Positions 13,579-26,475 of a stretch of 64,000 bases of DNA are shown here, piece by piece. Every line of letters begins with the position of its first letter. The stretch's first letter is position 1. The stretch covers positions 33,604,001-33,668,000 of the forward strand of contig NC_043003.1 in the NCBI RefSeq assembly GCF_006345805.1. Direction: 5' to 3'. Source of the DNA: Octopus sinensis (Eukaryota). The notes below the pieces were generated by a model. That model was not told where the DNA came from and did not search any database. It saw only the letters and a list, made by a program, of their open reading frames with translations. The position numbers were made by a program, and so were the translations under genes.

Positions 13579-14406
13579 GTTGTATACTGTCATCTAACAC
13601 GAACGTGACAGTGGGGGATACACCACCGCTGCATAGCCTAGGAAGCATCGACGCCTCCTGATGGCTTTGACACATTTTTTTCCTGTGTCCTTATATACAT
13701 TTACGAAGGGGAGACAAACACCCCGGCCGCCCGGGGCTGCATCTAAGGACACGTGTTTCGGATGATTGTCCTTCGTCGGCCTAGACTAGCAGACACCGGT
13801 CAGCTGGTATATCTGCCTCGACGGGCATATGGCTTAGTGGTTGTTAGGAGTGCGGGCTACTAAAACCAAATTCCGAGTTCCATTCCAAGCAGTAACCTGA
13901 ATAATAATTATAATAAATAATAATAATAATATAATAATCATTATAATAATAATAATATTAATAATGATAATGATAATAATAATAATAAATAAAAAAAAAA
14001 AAATAATAATAATAACAGCAACAACAACAACAACAACAACAACAATAATAATAATAATAATAATAATGATGATGATGATGATGATGATGATGACGATGAA
14101 CTGTCTAACATCGATATGTACTGACGTTTGTACAGATACACTGATCTGACTCATCATGAACAATATTAATTTAAATAATGCCATATTAAAATTTGCGCAA
14201 ACTTGCCTTTCAGTAACGAGAATTATTTTACTGTTCTTGTCTTTTGAATAGGACAGCACTCAAAATCAAACAACAAATCACTTTCCTTCATGTTAGACAG
14301 CTTCACTAACGATGGGAAAATTCAGCACACATGAACATACAAACACAGGCACATACAAACTCACGTCCATCTATATATATTTATATATTATATATATATA
14401 TGTATA

Positions 14407-14447
<41 letters not shown>

Positions 14448-14503
14448 TGTGTGGTGTGTGTGTGTGTGTGTGTGTGAAAGTGAGTGCGTGTGTGTGTGTG
14501 TGT

Positions 14504-14700
14504 AGTTGAAATTTATAGAAAAACAAAAGACGAAGACAGGTGTATGAACAAGAAGCAAGTGTATTATTTTGACAATCGAGAAAAATGAAAGAGTCTTTTA
14601 CGTTTCGAGCCTACGCTCTTCAACAGCAAGGCATAAGAGAAAATAAACAGAAACAGAATGAACAAAGCCTGTAGATTTCTGCGGTCCAGCATGGCGAATG
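14504..14700 (-). mobile_element. Repeat family P1 copy with HHR-like motif at 14595-14630
   Basis: Minus strand: cttg-CTGTTGA-a-gagc-gtag-gctc-GAAAC-GTA-aaag, followed by cacctgtcttcgtcttttg-like tail into (CA)n. Confidence 0.6.
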
Positions 14701-14974
14701 ATTCGAAAAAAAGAGGTTGAAAGAAAGGGAGATAATAATAAAAAAGAGGCTGAATGAAAGGGAGATAATCATGTGCTAGTGATCCCAAGAAACGAATGTG
14801 CCAGTAAGTGTATGTGTATGTGAGAACGGTGTGAGTGGGTTTAAATAGGCGCGACTGACCCTGACATTTGTGTCTGTAATGTGTGTAGCAGTTGATGCGT
14901 GCTTTTTCATGTGATGTGTGCGCATGTGTGTGTGTGTCTGTGTGGAAGCAATGTGCATATGTGTGGTGTATATA

Positions 14975-15202
14975 TACTCTTTTACTTATTTCAGTCATTT
15001 GACTGCGGCAATGCTGGAGCACCGCCTTTAGTCGAGCAAATCGACCCCGGGACTTATTCTTTGTAAGCCCAGTACTTATTCTATCCGTCTCTTTTACCGA
15101 ACCGCTTAGTGACGGGACGTAAACACACCAGCATCGGTTGTCAAGCGATGTTAGGGGGACAAACACAGACACACAAACACACACACACACACACACACAC
15201 AC

Positions 15203-15235
<33 letters not shown>

Positions 15236-15396
15236 CGACAGGCTTCTTTCAGTTTCCGTCTACCAAATCCACTCACAAGGCATTGGTCGGCCCGGGGCTA
15301 TAGCAGAAGACACTTGTCCAAGATGCCACGCAGTGGTACTGAACCCGGAACCATGTGGTTTGTTAGCAAGCTACTTACCACACAGCCACTCCTATG
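14975..15396 (-). mobile_element. Full-length SINE family B
   Basis: Head, internal (TA)/(TG) microsatellite, and 3' tail gactgaaataagtaaaagagta are all present. Confidence 0.9.
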
Positions 15397-18300
15397 TTGA
15401 CGAAAATTATTTTTGTCCATGTATGTTGCCTGTGTATGTATATATACCCTGTGTTGAGGTATTATGTGCTTGTGTGGGTGTGGCAGCGTGCATGATGGTG
15501 TGTGTGGTGTGGGTGCTAGGAAGTTTTCAGTGTTATTGTGTGTGGAGTGGTGTGGTATCAACTGAAGAGAGGAGGTGAGTTGAGCCCATATGGCGCAAAG
15601 GAGCGTAGAGAGAACATTAATTCCTGTTCCTCTAGAATGTAATTATTTTATACACTTTAACTGATGCAACCAGGTAATTCATGAAATACCCAGTTATTCC
15701 ATGAGATAACTGGGCAACATAATTTAACGGTAACTTATATATACTCACACATATATTTATGTATGTGTGTCTGTATCTGTGTGTGTGTGTTTGTGTGAAG
15801 GAGCATGGCTCAGTGGTTAGAGCGCCGAGCTCACAATCATAGTGTCTGTCAAACAAAGACACTTATATATGTCTTGAAAAATCATTTGTTATTGAGTCGT
15901 TACTTTATCCCAGGTATTCTCATTCTTTGGATTATCGTCAAGTCTTTTAATTCATTGGATTTACGTTATTTTATAACTAATGTAATATTTCAATGACATT
16001 CTTTTGTTTTTTCTGGGGTATGTGTCCCCACTCACTGTGAGCAATCCATTCAATGTGAACAAATAATATGTGTACGTACTTACTGGATGAATTTCATGAC
16101 AACAATATTTTTGTGATTGTGTAATAGACAAGGAGTTTAACTTGAAGTTATCATTTGGTATGAATGAAGCAGAAATATTTGTAATGAATCAGAAATATAT
16201 ATCAAATCGGTTTTCTCAAAAATCTAACAATCCAGAAAAAAGTTTTATTATTGGTGAAATGCGAAATGGTTCAACACAAGTATTTCATTTGTACTTCTGT
16301 TATAAATTCAGAAGCACTGGCAGGAATAATCAGGTTGGCAGAAGTTCGAACTCCAGACGCTGGAGTACCAGCATTGATACCTTATATTATATATTTTGAG
16401 TCATTACTCTGATTCATTAAAGTATTTTAGATTATCATAAACTTAAAGATGTGTTAAAGTTGTACACCCAATATTTGCTTTCATTTCATGAGAATTGAAA
16501 TTAATACGGTTATTGATAGATATTTGACGGGTATCAAACAGAAACGCTTGCTACTTTTGTCCTGAATCTGTAATGCGGTGCATAATTGAAAGAACCTTTC
16601 AAAGATAATTGCCACTCAGATAAAGAAATCGTAGCATTGCAAAGTTATTTGAAGAGATGTTACTGCTGAGGTGTTGGATATCGGCAAAGGCGACATTAAA
16701 ATTGAATCATGAGCAATTTAGAAAACCTAATAACGTTGCCTATTTCTTGAGCATTTGGCAGGAGCCAATGAAATCTTGTGTTCAATATGAATTAAGAATA
16801 TCATGCATATAGAGTGAAGTAACAGCGTGGAAACAGGCTGTAAGTGGGGAAAACTCGATAGAAGAGGATTAACATTCGTTATGTGGACAGAAGGGGGACA
16901 GAAGCCTCATTACATTTGGATAGAGATTAAGGGCAAAGGGTGAAATAAAATTGAATAGGATACATTACCTGGATGTAGTTTATGGTAAAGCTGGATACGT
17001 TTGTAACGTGAACGTATTGAAGATTTGCATAAAAGTGATAAAATGTCTTAACTGATTGTCCATTTAAGAGAGGCAGAGATAGCTGAAATAGAAAATGGAA
17101 GCGGTTGAATAAATGATGCAAATTACCGGATACGTAAAACGGATAAACTGAATGATAATAAAGTTTCTCGCTATCTCTGAGTATGTAGGGTATTTTCCTG
17201 TAAGAAACGCAGAATCGATTATCGTTTGTAGTCGCACGTGATTTTATTATTTCAACTGAAAGTGTGAATTCCTGTGATATATGAGTGTGCGCATTCCAAG
17301 CTACACAGGACATGAATTACAGGTTCGTATTTCAAAACAAGTGACACATTTTCGCATATGTTATATTTTCATAAATTATATGGTGCAAAAAAAGAACAAC
17401 CAAAAGCTAACTATAGAGATTCTATCTGGTCGGTAACAGGCCAAAAAAGAAGGCAAAAATACACAAAAATAAACAGTGTGCACTAAATGTAACATATGTA
17501 AACAATGAGTGATGGAAAATTTTCAAGAATGGGAAATTAGCAATATTGGCAGTCTAATTACCACTGGCAAAGATATTGTGTGATTTATATATATCTATAG
17601 AGATGTTTGTGTGTATTTGTATGTGCGCGCGCGTAGGTATCATAGAGTTTTATGTAAGAAATATGTAGTTTGGGGATTTAAGGTAATATTGTAAATTATA
17701 ACATGTTTGGTTATTGAAAATTGAAGGTGGAAAGTAAAACGAAAAGGGATTATATCTGAAAACTTGAAGTCAGATACATTAATCAACCACTTCATCCCAC
17801 AAGTGATATTAACATCTGTCGAATACTTCGGACACGTGATTCTCGTAAAAAAAGGAAAATGTTCCCTTATTCAACTCAGAGGTCAACAATAAAAATATAT
17901 GATTATACATTTTCATATTATTGCACATATTGCAAAAGGGTAGCCTGTGATCTATTTTAGTTCTAAACAATGACTCAGAAAGAGTTTGAAGGGCGATAAT
18001 AAAATGTTTAGTGAGCTCAATAGTTTCAATTCAGTAGATTACAGAAAGCATTTTCTTGGCATTACACACAGGATCGTGTGCAACCACTGTGGCATAGACT
18101 GTGAGATATTAAAGCCATTGATAAGAATACAAGCTTGCTCCGACGTCTGTTACTGACGTGTATAATGAAATAGATACTGTTAAAACTGGTCGACTTCTTC
18201 AAATAGTAAATCACAGAGTTCACTAAAAATAAAGATGTTTTGTTGAATATTACTATACTAACAATGAAAATTAAGAAAATTTATTCGTTATTTTCTCGTA

Positions 18301-18890
18301 AATAACAGCAGAAAGTAAATAAAAATCAGACGATTTTCAGGAAAAATGAAATGCGTTATTTATTTATATTTTCGTTTAATTATTTTTCTAATTTAGTATG
18401 AATGTATTTAAATCCCTTACGAAGAAAGATGCTCATCATTTTATGAAATACATACCCTCCTTAAATTCTTTAAGAATATTAATTCATTTAGATTATCTGA
18501 TGGACGTTTCACTCCATATATTCTAAGAATCCGATCCAATTAATGCTGTCATGTGATGGGATTAATGAAGAAAAGGGCAATACATTATCAGAATTTATTA
18601 TAATTCTTTATATTGGTTAGCGAAACCAATGTTGTAGCAATGTTCTGTGGCTAACCATTCAATTTAGCAACCCTATTAACAAGTATAATGCCTACAGACA
18701 TAGTCAAGCACAAGCACATGCATATACATGTAGTGACAGTAAAATATACTCAATAACACATACAAACACATATAGTTATACAAATACACACACATATATA
18801 CATGTATGTGTGTGTATATATATATACGTATATGTATATATACATTTGTGTGTGTGTGTATGTATATATATATGCACACACACGCACACA

Positions 18891-19805
18891 TATTGATTGG
18901 AACACCCTATAAATGATGCGGTTTTTTATACATCTTTATTTTTTAAAATTAAGATTAAAAAGTTCTTTTTAATCTAAAATATATCCTCCTTCATTTTCTA
19001 CAATGCTCTTACATATATCTGGTAGACTTGCAAGGCCCCCTCTTCCAAAATTGACTCGTTTATAACAAAAAATACACCTCCAGTACGGTTCTGACCTCGT
19101 ATACAGAGTTCGTATATTTCCGTCCAAATGATTTTAAAGACTGCGGAATAAATGATAAGTAGATAGGGCAATGTCCGACAAATATGGTAGGTGGGGCATT
19201 GTTTTCCATTCAAACTGCTCCCAGCCTTTAGAATATCATCCTTACTGTATGTGGTCGAGTATAGTCCTGATGGAAGAACACCTTTCGTATTGAAACCAAA
19301 GATGGTTGTTTTTCTTCTAGCGGTGTTGTCGATGAATGGTTGAATGACCAAATCCAAGCGTCTATGCTAGCTCCTTAACAGTTACGATGGGATTTTGTTC
19401 CATCAGGGTTTTCAGGACGTCCTCGTCGAGCTCTATAGTTCTTCCAAGAAGCTCGTCTTCTAGGTTGTAGTTTCCGGCTCAGAATTTCTGGAACCACCGT
19501 TGACAATGGCTTGCGCTTATTCTCCGATCCCTATATACTGCATTAATATCCCTCGCACTTGCCGTTGCTTTGTTGCATTTAGTGCAAAATATGCTGAATA
19601 TGCTCCTTTGTTACCTCCATTATAGCTTTGAAAAAATATCTGTTAAACTCGAGCTGCACTCTTCAGAACTTGCACTAAGAATAAGGAAAAAAGTAAAATT
19701 ACTACCTGATGTTATAGCAAGTTGATGCGGGTAGTTTATCCCGCCCCCACCAACTTTTAGTTCATGCAATTGAAAATATCGCGTAATTTATGGGATGACC
19801 CAATA
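18891..19805 (-). mobile_element. Internally deleted mariner (Tc1/mariner) relic; transposase pseudogene 18969-19620
   Basis: Imperfect TIRs (attggaacaccctataaatgatgcggtttttt / aaaatatcgcgtaatttatgggatgacccaata). Minus-strand peptides MEVTKEHIQHIL, ARDINAVY..SHCQRWFQKF*AGNYNLEDE and WKTMPHLPYLSDIALSTYHLFRSL (cf. HPPYSPDLAPSDYHLFRSL), ending IVENEGGYILD*. Confidence 0.85.
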
Positions 19806-19835
19806 TATATATAGACACCCACTCTACATATTTAT

Positions 19836-20065
19836 GGCGAGCTGGCAGAAACGTTAGCACGCCGGGCGAAATGCGTAGCCGTATTTCGTCTGCCGTTACG
19901 TTGTGAGTTCAAATTCCGCCGAGGTTGACTTTGCCTTTCATCCTTTCGGGGTCGATAAATTAAGTACCAGTTACGCACTGGGGTCGATGTAAGCGACTTA
20001 ATCCCTTTGTCTGTCCTTGTTTGTCTCCTCTATGTTTAGCCCCTTGTGGGCAATAAAGAAATATA
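19836..20065 (+). mobile_element. SINE family A, single body
   Basis: Matches the 4839 copy; perfect 13-bp TSD tacatatttatgg (19825-19837 / 20066-20078, overlapping the element start). Confidence 0.9.
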
Positions 20066-20392
20066 TACATATTTATGGATATGTATTTAATCCATCGATA
20101 TATTCTTCTCTCAAAAATTCCAAGAAATCACTAAATGCTTCTATATAAAAGGTTAATTAAAACAGTAGTGGAAACATTGAAAATGAGCAAGCCTGCAGCC
20201 TATGATATTTAAATGTCAGTGGAGCTCACACACACACACGCATACACATGTACACACATGCACACATATACACATACAGTCGATATATAGAAACTGACAT
20301 AAACACAAGTATATACATTCTTCATCACGTGTAGGAAATAAGAAAAAATACACATATATATATATGTGTGTTTGTGTGTGCGTAAATGTGTT

Positions 20393-20476
<84 letters not shown>

Positions 20477-21198
20477 GCAGTCATTGAGGAGCATATAGAA
20501 ATGTCTACCGTGAATTAAATGTCTCTTACAAAATCAATTAATCAATTAATGAGAGAGAACTCTATCGTGAAAAGTAATCCGTTTATTTTGTAGCTTGCCT
20601 TAAGTATATTGTTTTTCATCTATTTGGTATTGCTATGATAATTGTTGTTGCTGTTATTGCTTTTGGTGTTTTGTTCATGTTGTTGTTGTTGTTGCTGCTG
20701 ATGATGATGTTGCTATTTTTGCCTTTGCCGTTGGATCTCGATATATTGTGTTGATTACAGGTTCAATAATGTTCCGAATTAGATATAGTGTCTTGGCTTC
20801 ATGTCCAGGAAAATTTTATCGACTTACCAAATTTAATTTGTTTCCTTATATATTTACTCATTCAATTATTGAATGCATTTCATTTAAAAGGTTTCATATA
20901 TTAACATAGATATTTTTTTTCCTTTATCTATTCATTTTTTATTTTTCATTTCAGAGATCGACACTCGATATACATACCTATCTGTTGCTTCTAGAAACAT
21001 TAGCCTTATAAGCATTCATCTACAAAAATATTTAAAAATACATATTACGATATATTAAATATAACGGACCCTAATTATTCTGTTAACTGCAAACTATCGC
21101 AATATATAAGAAAATATTCTCTTGCCTGATAACACATATAGAGCTTTCGCAATTATAAGATGGTATTGTCTTCTTATATGGAAACACACAGTGAAACC

Positions 21199-21267
<69 letters not shown>

Positions 21268-21293
21268 ATATGTATGTGTATAAATATATATTA

Positions 21294-21331
<38 letters not shown>

Positions 21332-21441
21332 ATTTATATATCCATTATATGTATACAGACATGCACAAGTACACACACAAACACAAAAACATGCACACAC
21401 ACTCATATATATATATATATATTACAGGGATGTACATGTAT

Positions 21442-21645
21442 AGCAAGTGACCTGATCTGAGATCGTGTGCTGGAAAGAAAACAATTGCAGCGTGGAGATG
21501 CAGCACGAAATTTTGTTAGTGAACAGGTCGCGGTTTCAAAGCGACGAAAATATTTTGACAAATTCAATTTAAATGTTGAATTGAACCTAACGGATATTGT
21601 GTGTTTCTTAAATGGCTTATATATACCTTCCACGCTGCAATTGCG
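21442..21645. mobile_element. ~200-bp insert with 15-bp inverted repeat and HHR-like fold
   Basis: caattgcagcgtgga (21482-21496) / tccacgctgcaattg (21629-21643). Internal gtcgc..gcgac-GAAA-palindrome aaaatatttt; abuts (TA)n. Confidence 0.45.
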
Positions 21646-22469
21646 TGTATATATATATATATATATATATACAAATATATTGTAGCATTATCAACATCCA
21701 TGTGTGCACATGCGCGCAAGTGTTTGTGCGGTGCGTTTGTGTAAAGATGCAATCGTCCAGTCCAATGAAGGTATTGCAAGCCAAACTTCGAAGTAACTCT
21801 CTGCTTTAATATTCTAACGATGTAATGAATATCTTTATTATTCACCACGCATATGACTATTTATTAATAGTTGGCACGTATCAGCAAAATCTTTCTGTGT
21901 GTAAAAAATGGTCTTTGGTCCTTGTTATATTAGATAGTCCGGCGTTTCTTCTGACTAACGTTACATAAAATGTCAAAACACCAGTGTCCCGGAATTCCTT
22001 TTGTAAATGACAAGTGTGTATTAGAAGACAAATGAAGAGCTGTTCTCCTGTGACGAAATGCAGCTCTGCTGATGATATCGGCTTTGGAAACTGCTGGAGT
22101 ATATTAAGAAGATGTGCAAATCATAGAATCTACGTTATTGTACTGAAATGTATTGAGCAATCGTTCACTTTAATCTTTAACTTTTTATTATATATAATAT
22201 ACTTGAATAGATGCACATATATGCATAAAGATTCTTTCGCACAAAGAAACATTCTAGGTTGTTTTGAGATTACCTCCCTGAAGAAGTCTCTCAAAACTAA
22301 ATATCAGCTCATTCCCTAATGCATATCTTTATTTAATTTGTATCATTTCGACGACTGGGATTTCAACAGTTCCCATTTATTCTCCTTTTGATAATTAATT
22401 TCATTTACGCTAATGATACTTCTCATTACATTCGTATCGAAAATTACAGAAAATCAGAAAATCAAACAT

Positions 22470-23515
22470 ACAAGCTCCCCGAGCTTGATGCAGTCAATTT
22501 TCCTTTGAAATTGTGGCTAGACATAACCTGCAGGAAACATGAGCAAGGAGAAAAATCTAGACGAACGTTGGTTTGAGAAGGAATGACTGGTCGTGGATTT
22601 AGTTCAGAGCCTTGAAAGCATTTTTGGGATACCATCAATGAGTGAGTCCGTTTTATCATATTAAAGGCGGTATTAAACCAGTCAGATCCGAGGAAGAGAA
22701 GCCATTATAGTAAGAGGCAAAAAAGAAAGTAGTCTCGTAATATGGAGGTTGCAGTGTGTCTGGAATTGATTTAATGCTAATCTTTCGCATGTTCCTTCTC
22801 TGGATATCCTCCAAGATATCTGCAAAGAGTATCACATATTGTATTGAGTACTGAAATAATTTCTGACCTTGAAGAGAAGGGCCGGTCTCTGTCATGTGGA
22901 CCATTCTATGTTGAGTATATGCTTCCTTAAGACGACGACTTGTTCATTGTAAGACCCAGCTTTTCGAGTGAATATAACGCTCTAAAGGAACATTCTTGTT
23001 TATGCATGACTGGGGAATTCTTTTTATATGTTTAATGATCGAGCTTTTGTTAAAAGAGACAAGTGTGGCATGGTCCCTCAAGAGGTTGCGCTTAAGGTCT
23101 CCCTTATTGAAACCTATCCAGGTTTAGCGTATTGTGTCTAGGTACGTGTCAATAATGCATCATTGCATGAGGTAAAGAAGGAAGAAATATATCATCTGCA
23201 AAACTGAGATCGTTGTGGGTCACAGTGGCAAGTAGATCACTCATATATAGAAGAAATCAATTGGGAGATAAAATTCTGAGGCACAGCAGCGTCCGGTGAG
23301 AGTGGGGAAGAAAAAGTCCTGTGAAGACACACTAAGAAAGTCATTGATCTAAAAGCACAAGCTAGGTGTAGTCAATAGAGGGGAAGATTTGAGTTTCGAA
23401 TGACACATGGCCAAAATGTTTGCTGTACGTTCAGAGAACATCTTGCATGTGAATAGCATAAAGCAGTAAGTCAAAAATGTAGCTAACTCTGTACAAGCCA
23501 TAATGGTGGTCGTTG
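22470..23515 (-). pseudogene. Decayed CR1/Jockey-group LINE RT and C-terminus
   Basis: Minus-strand peptides AAVPQN..LSPN*FLLYMSDLLATVTHNDLSFADD (FADD at 23191-23202), ILEDIQRRNMRKISIKSIPDTLQP..YYNGFSSSDLTGLIPP and QSFLLKPT..LLAHV; many stops and frameshifts. Confidence 0.7.
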
Positions 23516-23759
23516 GAAAGAGAGAACGAGAGACAGAGAGACAGACAGATAAATAAAGAGAGAGAGAGAGAGATAGAGACGGAGACAGAGACAGAGAGGG
23601 AGAGAGAGAAAGAGAGAGAGCTCGCGAAAGAAAGGAGAGACCGGGAGATATATCAGTTGTTAGAAAGCTCCTTAATGAATGTTAACATTATTTTAAAGAC
23701 GTTATTTCATTAAGCATGTTAGTATGCACGAATCAATCAATCAATCAATCTATCTGTCC

Positions 23760-23832
<73 letters not shown>

Positions 23833-23859
23833 ACTATATATATCTAACTATATATATAT

Positions 23860-23897
<38 letters not shown>

Positions 23898-24073
23898 ACA
23901 GACCCACACACACACATATACATACAAACAAGTGAGTGAATAAACGAAAGAAGGGCAGTTAACCAATTTATTGGGAGTTACATGTATGGATCCAAACGCT
24001 TCAAACTCAGCAGTACCAACGTATTTGTATGAAACTTTTGATCATATATATACACTCATGCATACATACATAC

Positions 24074-24131
<58 letters not shown>

Positions 24132-25232
24132 ATATATATATAAACAAACACATATATATACATATATATTTATTTGTTTGTTTGTATACATGTATGTATG
24201 TATGTAGAGAAAGCGAGAGAGTGGGAGAGAGAGAGAGATCACAAACTAATTGCTGAAGACAAGTTATATAGCACAATACATATTGCATAGTACTCGTTGT
24301 GTGGAACTTATCATTCCATGGGTTGCACATTTTAAGGGAATAGAATAGAATAGTTTGATAATAGTAATTATCGAAAAAACAAAATAATTTCCCTTGTGCA
24401 CATTGAGCATTGAACATTGCATTGTAAACTTGCAGCAATTTCACATAGAGTAGAATGTAAGTGTTAGTAAATCTTTGTGTGTTGTCCAATTGCCATGATT
24501 AATATTTTTTTGTTTAAGATTTATATTTTATGTTCTTATGATATTTTAGGTGTTAGAATACGATCAAAAATCTCGAATATGACGATGAAATGCTCATCAT
24601 TTGTGTTAAACTTAATTAGTAAGGAATCATTTTCAGAATTGCAATAACTCAAATACCCAATCTAGTGGAATAAAAATACTTCAAAGAAACAAAGCATTCG
24701 ACTATTAACGTTACAATATTCACATTCAGCAGTTGATATTTTAATGACAGAGACAAACATGAAACGCTCCCGCTTTATAATAGATTTTAAAATTGTGCTC
24801 ATGAGATATTAAAATAACTACAACGAGTATAAGCTAATATATACTATCAGATATACATACCTGCATCCATCAATCCATCCATCCTTCCATCCATCCATCC
24901 ATCCATCCATCCATCCATCTATCCATCCATTCATCGATTTATACATACGAGCGTACATGAACGACATGCGTATTTATACATTAAGCCGCACATAGTATTA
25001 AATATGAAAAAAAAAAATTAAAAGAAACTTCGGAAAAGCTGAATTCAGTGAAACAGGATCTAGGTCAGTTGAATATGACCTTTCATGTATTAAAAGAAAC
25101 CCTTTTAGCAGCAAACTCGAAAATGTTTAAGCTAAAACCATTTTCTAAGTATTCTTAAGTAGACGGAAACTGAAAGAATCCCTTCGTATATATATATAAC
25201 ATATATATGTATACATATATATACATACATAT

Positions 25233-25268
<36 letters not shown>

Positions 25269-25270
25269 AT

Positions 25271-25321
<51 letters not shown>

Positions 25322-25357
25322 CTCTGAACGAGTTAGAAGCAGTAGCTGCACGATAAA

Positions 25358-25606
25358 GTGAAGTATATTTGTCACCTAAATGTGGCTAACCACTAAGGAG
25401 GGGAATGCTACTGTAGTTTGTAGCCCCAGGAGAACATCTTCTCCAGGTGGCTAATGACGCACTTTCTTTTGGCACAATTTCTTTTTGCCCTAAGGCACAG
25501 AAAGTGTGTCAATAGCCAGCTGGAGAAGCTGTTCTTCTGGGGCTACAAGCTACAGTACCATCCACCCTTAATGGTTAGCCACATTTAGGTGGCAAATATA
25601 CTTCAC
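25358..25606. repeat. Fold-back element, ~110-bp imperfect inverted arms with ~30-bp spacer
   Basis: gtgaagtatatttgtcacctaaatgtggctaacc...gacgcactttct versus agaaagtgtgtc...ggttagccacatttaggtggcaaatatacttcac. Confidence 0.85.
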
Positions 25607-25635
25607 ACACACATAAATATATATATATATATATA

Positions 25636-26094
25636 TATATTATATTAAATTAGAGATAAAACCACTATTAGGCAAATCATACAATGAAAAACTTAAGCCA
25701 ATACATAAGATTAATTAATTTATATTATTTTAAATATATATCAAAATTATTAAAAAAAGATAATTAGTATAACACTACGATCGTTTCATTGATTAAACCT
25801 CGCCAAATATTTCAATCACCTGAAGAATGACTGTAACTCGAATTTTTACGAATTGGACAGCCATGAAACGATCGTAGTGTTATACTAATTATCTTTTTTT
25901 AATAATTTTGATATATATTTAAAATAATATAAATTAATTAATCTTATGTATTGGCTTAAGTTTTTCATTGTATGATTTGCCTAATAGTGGTTTTATCTCT
26001 AATTTAATATAATATAATATTTTACTATAAAATTGGATTTAATCCTAAATCTGATTTTTCCCTGTAAGTTTGGATTTATTCCCTAATATTTTAT

Positions 26095-26097
<3 letters not shown>
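25636..26097 (+). mobile_element. Asymmetric fold-back element: 154-bp perfect inverted arms (25636-25789 / 25863-26016), 73-bp spacer, unpaired tail; PLE-like terminus
   Basis: Arms are exact reverse complements by eye. Inserted in (TA)n; spacer plus right arm contain an HHR. Confidence 0.8.
25817..25879 (+). ncRNA. Minimal type I hammerhead ribozyme motif
   Basis: cac-CTGAAGA-atgactgt..acagccat-GAAAC-gatc-GTA-gtg. Core is intact, stem II is 7/8 bp, stem III is the palindrome acgatcgt, triplet GUA, stem I only ~3 bp. Confidence 0.7.
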
Positions 26098-26174
<77 letters not shown>

Positions 26175-26304
26175 CAGGGAGGGTAGAAAGAAATTAGGCA
26201 TTAGAAACTGCTTATAGAATGTTTAGTATCACTGAAGTCATGACAAAAATATTTTTTAAACAGGCAACACTAACGGGGATTTCTTATTTTCTTATTGTCT
26301 TATG

Positions 26305-26475
26305 ATTTTCCACCCTCAATCGCTTGATAGGCGATGTTGGTGTGTTTACGGGGACGTAAACACACCGATAGAATAAGGACTAGGCTTACAAATAAAAATC
26401 CTGGGATCAATGTTTTCGACTGAAGGTGGTGCTCCAGTATGGTCGCAGTGAAATGACTAAGACAAGCAAAAAGAA
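26305..26475 (+). mobile_element. 3' half of SINE family B with an internal micro-inversion
   Basis: cgcttga..gatgttggtgtgtttacg...accgatagaataag..ggtgctccagtatggtcgcagtgaaatgact. Confidence 0.75.

Larger units (their letters stand above)
12022..14151. repeat. ~1 kb direct duplication (12022-13057 and 13158-14151) flanking an assembly gap
   Basis: Near-identical unique sequence on both sides of the N run. Differences are mostly small indels concentrated near the contig ends. Confidence 0.9.

Noticed and set aside
16400-17330. Purine-rich stretch possibly from an old LINE
   Set aside because: I could not recover any convincing protein motif by eye.
20915-21060. Strong splice acceptor (tttttcatttcag, ending at 20954) suggesting an exon
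   Set aside because: No clear donor or coding frame downstream, and such tracts are common in AT-rich DNA. It needs RNA-seq.
22320-22440. Plus-strand YAND resembling an RT YADD motif
   Set aside because: Single short motif with poor flanking support.
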